DNA from: Hyaloraphidium curvatum SAG 235-1
Taxonomy: Eukaryota; Fungi; Monoblepharomycota
DNA length: 64,000 bases
Direction of reading: 5' to 3'
NCBI GenBank assembly: GCA_025558095.1
Contig: JAIVFI010000003.1
Location: forward strand, 930,001-994,000
Shown: positions 56,163 through 64,000 of the stretch, piece by piece
Position numbering within the stretch: the stretch's first letter is position 1
How the letters are laid out: every line of letters begins with the position of its first letter
Made by a program: the position numbers and the translations under genes
The notes under the pieces: model-generated
What the model was told of the DNA's origin: nothing
The model's database searches: none
What the model saw: the letters and a program-made list of their open reading frames with translations, nothing else

Positions 56163-56906
56163 AGTTGGGGCGACGTCGAGGAGTGGTGGGATTGAGTGGA
56201 TGTGTCTCGATGGTTTGGCCCGTTGCATAAAGTAAGGGGCAACAGCAGCTGCTTCCTTCATTCGTCGAGGACTCATCAGGACTCGGATCAATCGTCAATT
56301 TTTGGTGTTTTTGTCTTTTCGCGAACGGCTCGAATAACCGGGTCGGATTGCATGGGGAAAAAGAGAAGCTCTGAAGGTGTAGCCGGTCGAAGCATCCAAA
56401 ACATCAGCCCGCTGGAGCTTAACCTCCCCAACATCATGCGAGATGGCACACAGGCGCTATTCAAGAGTCGCACACCGTGGCGATCCGGGCTCGGTGGGGC
56501 TGATCGATGCGGCTTCCCGCCGGCAGTGAACGAAGCGAGAGCGAGGCACACATACGACGAAGCGCCTCAGGAGAAGCCACCGCCCTGCCCGTCGAGCATT
56601 CCGGAAGACTGAGGCTCAGAAGGCGCTAGATGCGGGCGAAGCGCGGGGCAAGGAACTGGCGGAAGCGAGCGGGGCGGCGATTGGAGAAGAGGACGGGGTG
56701 GCGGAACCGCATGGACGACTGGCAATGGCCCTCCACCGAAGCCGCGTGAAGCGCCGAGGAGGCAAACACTCGAGGGGTGGAGGTATTGTTGCAGGCGCCG
56801 ATCGTCCGCGTACGCCGGAACAGCGCACCTACAGTAAAGGTATCACCGCGAGACGCGCAGCGCGTCCCTGCAGCGCTGAGCTCACCTGTCCCCCACGACC
56901 TCAAGG

Positions 56907-57407
56907 ATGGCCGCCAGCACCATCCTCTGGGCCGCGCCCGCATTCGGCGACATTCTCGGCGGCATCGCGCTACTTTTGGGCCGCGGCGACCTCGTCGCGG
57001 GGGCCGTGGACGGGCAGGCCGCGCCGCTGGGCCTGCAGCCCGTCGCGCCCATCTTTGCGCCCAAGGAACCTACCCCCAGCCTCAAGGTGCTCGGCGTGGC
57101 ATTCGCGGCCCTCGGATTCTTCGAGCTGGTGCTCCGCGACAACGAGGAGTTCCTCGCCGCGAGCGTTGCCACGCACGCCCTTGCCGGTGCCGCGCTCGCC
57201 GGGATGGCCGCATCGGGGCAGCTTCCTTCGGGCATCGGCGTGCTGGCCGCGACCGACTACATGATGGGCTCGATGCACGCCGCCCTGCTGGTCTCCAAGG
57301 CCGGGGTCGAGGGCGCCGCGGCCGCAGCCGACAGGGTGGTCCCGCTCGTCGGGCCCGCGATCAGGGCCGCGGCCCCGCTCTGGCGCGCTCTGGGGTACTC
57401 CAAGTGA
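56907..57407 (+). CDS. Small hydrophobic membrane protein
   Basis: 166-aa ORF with about 4 hydrophobic segments. Confidence 0.65.
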   Translation: MAASTILWAAPAFGDILGGIALLLGRGDLVAGAVDGQAAPLGLQPVAPIFAPKEPTPSLKVLGVAFAALGFFELVLRDNEEFLAASVATHALAGAALAGMAASGQLPSGIGVLAATDYMMGSMHAALLVSKAGVEGAAAAADRVVPLVGPAIRAAAPLWRALGYSK

Positions 57408-57661
57408 TGCGGATCCGGGCATGGGCCGGGCTGGGGCGATTCGGACTATGGGATCGTTGGGGCTTCCCCTGACTGCTCGCCGAAGCGTACCGTCGACCAC
57501 TTCGCGTGCGGATGGGTCATAAATGTACGAGGCGTAGTCTCTAGGCCGCCATTATGCTTGGATTTATTCTTCAGTCCGGCGTGGGGCGGTTCCGCGCCTG
57601 ATTCGTTTCCAAACCATGCGCGACGAAACTCTGCCCGACACCTCCCAGGACCGGCCGAGAC

Positions 57662-59259
57662 TCATCCGCCGGGGCATGCCATATCGATCGTCACCCCCAC
57701 CCCCGCGCTCCTCAACACGCTCCACAAGCCTACCGCGACCGTGAACGCCGTCACCCCCACGGTCCGCACCATCCCCGCGTCCACGATCGCGCCGAACGAC
57801 CTCGCGCGGTGCAGCCCCGCATCGGCTGCGAACCCGCGCAGGATGCGCTCGTGCCACGTCACCGCGGCCGCGAGCGGCGATGAGGGAGGGGCGGCGAAGG
57901 CGAGGGAGCGGAGTTCGTAGGCGGCGGAGCGGTACTGCGCCGAAATTTGCTCGGGCTCGCTGTTGGCTGCCGCGAGGTTGGCGAGGTCGAACAGGAGGAT
58001 GGTGACGGACATGTAGGCGAGGTCCGCGAGGATCGGGCCGGTGATGCAGGAGGATGCGAACTGGGGTGGGGTGTCAGCTATGAAAGACGGTCCAAAGCAC
58101 CGGAGAAGCCCCATACCACGACGATCAGGGCGGCAATGCAGGCCCCCAATAATGCCAGGCGCACAACGAAACTGGTCCCGGCCGCCACTCCCAACCGCGC
58201 CCTCCATGCCGAGACCAGGGACGCGTGCAAAGCGACATAGGCCTCTCCTTCCGGCCTTCGGTGCTCCAAACGCTGGTCTGGATCGTCCGCGGCGGCTGCC
58301 AGCCGGGTTAGCAAGTCGTCGAGACAGAACTGCATCGCCCGCCGGCGGAGGCGCTTTTCGATCCTGAAAACGGCAACGTTCGACACCCCCGCGCTCGTAC
58401 CAATGACGGCGAAGAACACATGGGAGCCGGCGGCCGCGGTGAAGAACGCCAGGAGCGTGGCCGACCACGCGGTTGCCCATGTGGCCTGTGCAAATGTCAC
58501 TAGGACAGTCCACCACATTATGATGAGGTGGCAGGAAAACCCGCCGACCATCATCAGCGCGAAAGTGGCAATGTAAAAGACCTGAGCTTTCCGAAGGTCG
58601 CCCCCGCAGCAGGTGTCGTTTGGGCAGCTGCACAGAATGTCGTGGGGATCATGGCGGACGAGGAAGCGTTCAAGCTCGCTCCCCGGCCTTTCCGGCTCCC
58701 CGGCAGCCCGTTCCAACAGCCGGTAGCGTGCGACGACGGCGAAAATGTGTCCGTCGAGCGTCGACTCGCGGGCCTTTGCCGAGTGCTCGGGCATCCACGG
58801 ATCCGCCGACCTGGCGTAAAGACGGCCGCGGAAGGTGGGCACCTCCCACCCGGCGATCTGAACGGCTGTCGCCACGGTCATGGCGACGAGCTGGCGCGTG
58901 CCGGACGCGGGCGAGACGGCGCCGTTGAAAACCCACACGAGCGCGATGGCAAAGACTTTTCCGGCCTCGTAGACCGCGCGCTGCACGGGGAACGGCACGG
59001 CCGCGCCGACGGGGCGCATCGCGAACTGCAGCCGCACGAGCGCGCGGGCGGCGCCGCCGAGGGAGCCCAGGAGCCGCGCCGACGTCATTGGGCTTTCCTC
59101 GCGGGCGACGGAGGCGACCGGGGGCGTCGCGAGCGCGGCCAGCGAGGGCGCGAGGTCCGGCGGCGGCCGGGGCGTCGGGAACGCGGGGAACAGCGCGGCC
59201 CAGGCAGTGGGCGTCAGCTCCGGCGGCCACGGCGGAGGCGCCCTGCCCGCGGGCTTCAT
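57662..59259 (-). CDS. Seven-TM membrane protein, gustatory-receptor-like/7TM ion channel candidate
   Basis: Intron 58061-58116 joins ORF 58078..59259 to the end of ORF 57662..58633. About 7 TM helices and no signal peptide. The gene is well supported; the family call is tentative. Confidence 0.7.
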
Positions 59260-59654
59260 TACGGCTGCGGAGCAGGAGACTGGAGATTTGAGAGCGTCAC
59301 GGCACTACTGTCTGGCGAGGCATCGTCTGACTTCCGGGTTCGATGTTCTCGTTGCATTGATCGGCTGTCTCCAGCGCCTCACCCCCAGACCTCCCCAGGA
59401 CCGGCCAGCCATGCTCTGATGCGCATTCATTCCCCATGAAGAAGATCATAATGCTACTTGGCTACTCCCAAAGAGAGCTAGCAACGGTTCCCCAGGATCA
59501 TCAAGAAGGAAGGGCTCGATGCACGACCTTCCGTTTCCCCGTCCCCGCCCACCCACGCAGATGGATCAAGATGCTTGTATTCTATCTCGAGGAAGCGATC
59601 AGTAGGCCATCTTTGGCGGTCGGGTGGCACGACATACCCACGACGATCTCGCGA

Positions 59655-61511
59655 TCACGGGCCAACCTGGCCGGTGCACGAGGCGCAGGTCGAAGAGCAG
59701 CAGTTGGTGATGTTGACGTTGGCATCCGAGATGACGCAGCAGACGGCTGGAGGAAAACAATGGGGAGTCAGGTCCGAGCGGCCCGCGAATGCTAGCAGTC
59801 CGGACCAACCGTTCGAGGGGCAGCGGCCGCCACCAATTCCAGCTCCGGCTCCAGCATTGACCCCGAGGCAATCACTTCCGCTCCTGCAGTACGAATCGCA
59901 GACGATCTGCTTGTTGTTCTGACCGCAGCTCTTGAGGCACCTGGGTCGACGACGGAGGGTCAAGAGGCGGCGGCCGGGCGCCGATCGATGACAACTCACA
60001 GGCCGCACTTGTCGCCGCCGGAACCCGACAGGCAGAGCGGTCCGGTGCACTTCCCATTGTAGCACTTTGCGCCCTTGCTAGCGTCGCAGCAGGGAGGTCC
60101 CGTGGCCGTGCAGGGAGAGTCGAACGGGATGCACGAGACGCATGCGCCGTTGAGGCAAGCCTGGGTCGAGGGGCACTGCGTGATCCGGTTGTCAATGAAG
60201 CGTTGCAAGAGCCGCGCAAGCCCCTACGCAGGTGATCGAGCCGGTACTGCTGGTGCAGGTCGAATAGCCCGCCGTAGTGTTGCAGACGCACGAACACTGG
60301 TCGCTGCTGGGGATGAGGCCGGTCCCCGTGCACTGCATGATCGCGGGTGCCTGTCGGTCAGCACGGACGCAGCACCGACCGGGTGCCCGCACCCACGGTC
60401 GTGACGGGAGCCTGGCACGTGCCGCCGCAGCACACGTTGCCGGAGCAGCACGCCGTGGTGGTGCAGTCTCCTCCGGCGGCGACGCAGCAGGGGGTGGACT
60501 GGCACTTTCCGCCGCAGCAGTAGCCGCCGCAGCAGTCCGATCCGGCGGAGCAGGTGTACGTGTCCTTGGTGCAGCAGCCGGTTCCGGATGACGCGCATGC
60601 CTGCGAGGTCGAGTTGCACTGCAGAGTGACCAAGCGCTTCAGTACCAGGTCGGGGGAAAAAGCCGTCTGACGGCGACCCACGCAGATGGGAGAGCCGGTC
60701 ACAGAGTCAGTGCCGCACGTGGTGTACTTGGTGATGTCGCAGACGCACGAGCACTGGTCGCTGCTGGGGATGAGACCGGTCCGGAGCACTGCATGATCGC
60801 GATTGCCGTCGGTCAGCATCGAGGCGGCACCGACCGGATCCCCGCACCCACGGTCGTGACGGGAGCCTGGCACGTGCCGCCGCAGCACGCATTGCCGGAG
60901 CAGCACGCCGTGGTGGTGCAGTCTCCTCCGGTGGCGATGCAGCAGGGCGAGGACTGGCACTTTCCGCTGCAGCAGTAGCCGCCGCAGCACGTCGACGCAT
61001 CGGTGCACGTGTAGGTGTCCTTGGTGCAACAAGTGCCGGATCCGGTGCAGCTCTCCGTCGTCGAATCGCACTGCGATCGGAACCTGCGTCAGTTCACCGC
61101 GGCGACGAAGCCCCAAGGGGGATGACGTGGCGCCCCCACGCATTTGTACGGGCCGGTTCCGCAGACGGTCTTGCCGGAGGGGCAGTTGCAGACGCACGTG
61201 CCGCTGCCGCTGTCGTACTGGACCACGAGATCGGGCGTGCACGACGGCGACGGCAGCGCGACGACGCGCTTGGCGAGGCGGCGGGCGCCGGGGTTCTCGG
61301 CGGCGACGGGCTTGGCGGCGGGCGCGGGCTTGGCGACCACGGCGGGCTTGGCGTACTTGGCGGCGGGCACGGCAGGAACGAGGACTGCGGAGGCGGTGCG
61401 CGTCAAGGGGGCTCGCGCGGGGGAGGTGCCGGGGAAATGCCATCACATGACAGCCACGGCGAGCGCGGCGCCGAGCGCCGCGCACACCGCGAACGCGGTG
61501 GAATGCTTCAT
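59655..61511 (-). CDS. Secreted cysteine-rich repeat protein, multi-exon
   Basis: Signal peptide MKHSTAFAVCAALGAALAVA, an Ala/Pro/Lys propeptide ending RRLAKR, then CC-rich repeats (CCTKDTYTC..CCGGYCC.GKCQS.PCC.A.GGDCTTTACCSGN.CCGGTCQ). Confidence 0.8.
60275..61031. repeat. Internal tandem duplication (about 455-460 bp period) including intron sequence
   Basis: About 60386-60576 is near-identical to about 60841-61031, and about 60275-60385 is similar to about 60735-60840. Confidence 0.85.
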
Positions 61512-62118
61512 CTTGGTAGCGGCTTGCAGACCAGCAGCTTCGGTTGAGCTCTCGTGACCGTGGTCGGGGGATGGTGGTGATGAGTCGATGCCCTCCCATC
61601 CCTGTCAACGATGAGTCGACGACCCTGGGGTCGATTCACCGCCCGGTTCGCCGCGACTTCGACGCCCAGCAGCCCGATTTCCTTCACTTTTTTGCCGCTT
61701 CGGATTCCTGGATCCCGCCCGGAAACGGCCTCCGCACGCCGAGGGCCGACATGCACTACCGCCCAACTGCCCTCGGGCCCATTTGTCAGCGGGCCCCGAC
61801 CCAGGCCGAGCCCATCTCGCCGGCGGCTTTCTCGTGGCATTTCGTGGCGCCGTGGCCGGAAGCCGCGTCCGGTGCATGTTTGCCAACCCGTACGTGCACC
61901 GGATTGCCCCGTCGGCCCTTCCTCCCGGACGACCCGTGGACCGGACCTCCCATCGGCGCGGCACGAGATGGGCGCGATCGACGCCTCCGTCCCCGGGCAC
62001 TCCGGACCTCTGTCCACAGAACCCCGGGATCGGACCCTCCCGCGCCACCGTCGCCTCCATCGGCGGGGGCCCCGCGCCCCGCCATCTACCGTGCCCCTTA
62101 AGAAACCCCCGCTACACG

Positions 62119-63632
62119 TCACCTCTTCCTCTTTGCCCCCGCCTTCTCCCCGCCCCCACCCCTTTCCTTGTCCCCCTTTTCCTGCCCTTGCCCTCCCGGT
62201 CCCGCACCCGCCGCCGCCGGTGGAGGCATCGGAAGATCCCCGAACCCCGGCACCACGATCCCCCAGAACCGCTCCAGCGCCACGGCGACGTCCCGCTCCT
62301 CCAGCACGTGCGACCCGCGGTGCGCGGCGAGGCGGAGGGCGGTGTGCAGGAGGGAGGAGAGGAAAGCGTCGGTGAGCGCGTACAGGACCTGCGGGTGGGA
62401 AACGGGGGGTCAGCTACCGGGACGGGGAGGAAGTGGGGAGAGGAGCACACCTCCGCGACGTCGGGGTCCACGCGTTCCCCCGTGCCCACGCGCGCAACCA
62501 GCTCCCTCAACCGTTCGCCGTCGCCGGCGGGCTCCGCGATCGCGGGGGGCATCCCCGGCCCCGCCGGGGTGGTCCCGCTCCGAGCGCCGGTCTGTGGGCG
62601 GGGCACGGCGAGGCCGTGCAGCGGCATCCCGAAGACGCGGGCGTCCTGCGTGGGAGTGGGGTAGAATAGGGGCGGTTGCGGGGGGGCGGGGGCCGGGGCG
62701 GGCCGGGAGGGGAGGCGCGCGAGGGGCTGCGGTTGCGGTTGTTGCGGCGGTTGGGGTTGGGGGGGATGCGGTTGGAGCTGGGGCTGCGGTTGCAGTTGCT
62801 GCTGCGGGGGTTTTTCGGAGGGGGCGGAGGCGGCGGCGAGGTTGCGGAGGAGGTCCTGGCGCTGCTGCACCTGGGCCTGCGCCGAGGCGGCGGCCGCCTG
62901 CTGGGCGGCCTGGCCCCCCTGGGCTGCCTGCGCCTGCGCCTGCGCCTGCGCGCGCGCTTTTTCCAGGGTGATTTTGGCCACGTGCATCATGTGCGCGGCC
63001 TGGTTCGTGGTCATCTCGCCGCGCTGCACGCGCTGGTCCAGGATGCCCTGCAGCGCGCCGGTGTGATGCAGCTGCGCCAGCCGCACGTGCTGGGCGTTCT
63101 GCTGCGAGACCTGCTCGGGCGTCGGCCGTTGCTGGGGCTGCCCGGGCTGCACGTGGATCCCCTGCCCCTGCTGCACCGCGTGTTGCGGCACCGGCTGCGC
63201 GTTTGGAGGCGGCCGCGCCTTTGCCCGCTGCTGCGCGGCCAGCGCGGCCTGCACGCCGGCCAGCGACGCCGGCAGCGCGGCGGCCTGCAGCAGCCCGTTT
63301 GGCGCGGCGGTGCGCGGCGCGCCGTTGATGGCCGGCATCGCGCCGGCGAGGTTCATGGCGGCGGGCGCCAGCGGGGCCATCCCGCCGCCCAGCGCCGCCG
63401 CGGTCAGCCCCGCCGCCGACAGCGCGTTCAGCGCGCCCAAGTTCGCCGGCGACGCCATGGCGCTGGCCGACAGCGAGGCGCTTAAGGCGCTGGCGAGGGA
63501 GCCCGGCGTCGGCGGCGTGGCCGGGTTGCTCGTCCGCGGGGGCCGCCGCGCGGGGGCCGCGGCCGGGCGCACCGACGGCAGCGTCGTCGGGGGCAGCTCA
63601 AGATCATCGTCGCCCGGTCCAAGCCCCGACAT
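62119..63632 (-). CDS. TAF12: TFIID/SAGA subunit TAF12
   Basis: Q/A-rich N-terminus. Histone fold RLRELVARV..ERVDPDVAE|VLYALTDAF..ALRLAAHRGSHVLEERDVAVALERFWGIVVPGF; intron 62389-62450. Confidence 0.9.
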
Positions 63633-63806
63633 CGCGGGCGCCGGGTGGGCGACGCGTCCCGCTCTCAACGAGAGTGGAGTTAGCGCGTGATGGTTTCCCA
63701 GGACTTCCCGCCTCGACCAAAATCGCGCTGATACTATTTCGGACCAAGCCCTTTCAAACACCCAACACCTCGACCGTCGATCAGGCGCCTTCTTTCCCCG
63801 CCCGCC

Positions 63807-64000
63807 ATGGTGCCTCCGCTCCGCTTCGCCGCGCGCGCGGCGTTCCGCACCGCGTTTGCGCGCGCGCCGGCCGCCCCGCCCGCGGTGCTCGCCGCGCGCC
63901 CGTCGCTCTTCCGCCTCAACGTCGGCGACCGCGCCGCCGCCCGCGCCGTCTCCTCGGCGCCGATCGCAAAGGCCGCCGCGACGCCCGCCGCACGCGCCGC
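63807..64000 (+). CDS. 5' end of a gene with a mitochondrial-type presequence (partial)
   Basis: gccATGg followed by an open, Arg/Ala-rich and nearly acid-free frame (MVPPLRFAARAAFRTAF...) to the window edge. Confidence 0.6.
   Translation, partial: MVPPLRFAARAAFRTAFARAPAAPPAVLAARPSLFRLNVGDRAAARAVSSAPIAKAAATPAARA

Noticed and set aside
59436-59795. 119-aa plus-strand ORF
   Set aside because: No motif; it overlaps the last exon of the Cys-rich gene on the opposite strand.
1-64000. Bacterial contig or secondary-metabolite gene cluster
   Set aside because: Spliceosomal introns occur throughout, RPB2/TAF12/formin are present, and there is no PKS, NRPS or terpene core gene.

Overview
Gene-dense, GC-rich eukaryotic nuclear DNA with many short (mostly 50-75 nt) GT-AG introns and CTGAC/CTAAC-type branch points. 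NST1 and the general gene content point to a fungus, probably an early-diverging zoosporic lineage; this is inferred from gene content and style, not verified by a search. I support about 33 protein-coding loci. Recognisable ones: a formin (runs off the left edge), a Frag1/DRAM/Sfk1-like membrane protein, isoaspartyl peptidase/asparaginase, aldehyde dehydrogenase, NST1, a hotdog thioesterase, a PTGR1-like reductase, a PPR protein, an F-box protein, a thioredoxin-like protein, an MhpA-like flavin monooxygenase, an ankyrin protein, a PLB1-like GDSL lipase, mRNA guanylyltransferase, RPB2, a DUF4436-like protein, a SelA/DgaE-like PLP enzyme and TAF12. Most notable: (1) two secreted paralogues share exon structure, a 4-Cys N-terminal module and an identical SLYRRY junction but carry unrelated C-terminal cargo domains, a candidate modular carrier-plus-cargo secretion system; (2) a divergent NELF-C/D (TH1)-like gene lies near the capping enzyme and RPB2; (3) a eukaryotic protein kinase carries a signal peptide; (4) a membrane protein has gustatory-receptor-like 7TM ion channel topology; (5) the capping enzyme has a long heptad-repeat tail; (6) a SIM-UBZ-UBZ-DUF3626-like gene is interrupted by a CACTA-like transposon end; (7) several bacterial-type genes are candidates for horizontal transfer. 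All exon boundaries were read by eye and family calls come from recalled motifs. No rRNA, tRNA or CRISPR array was seen.
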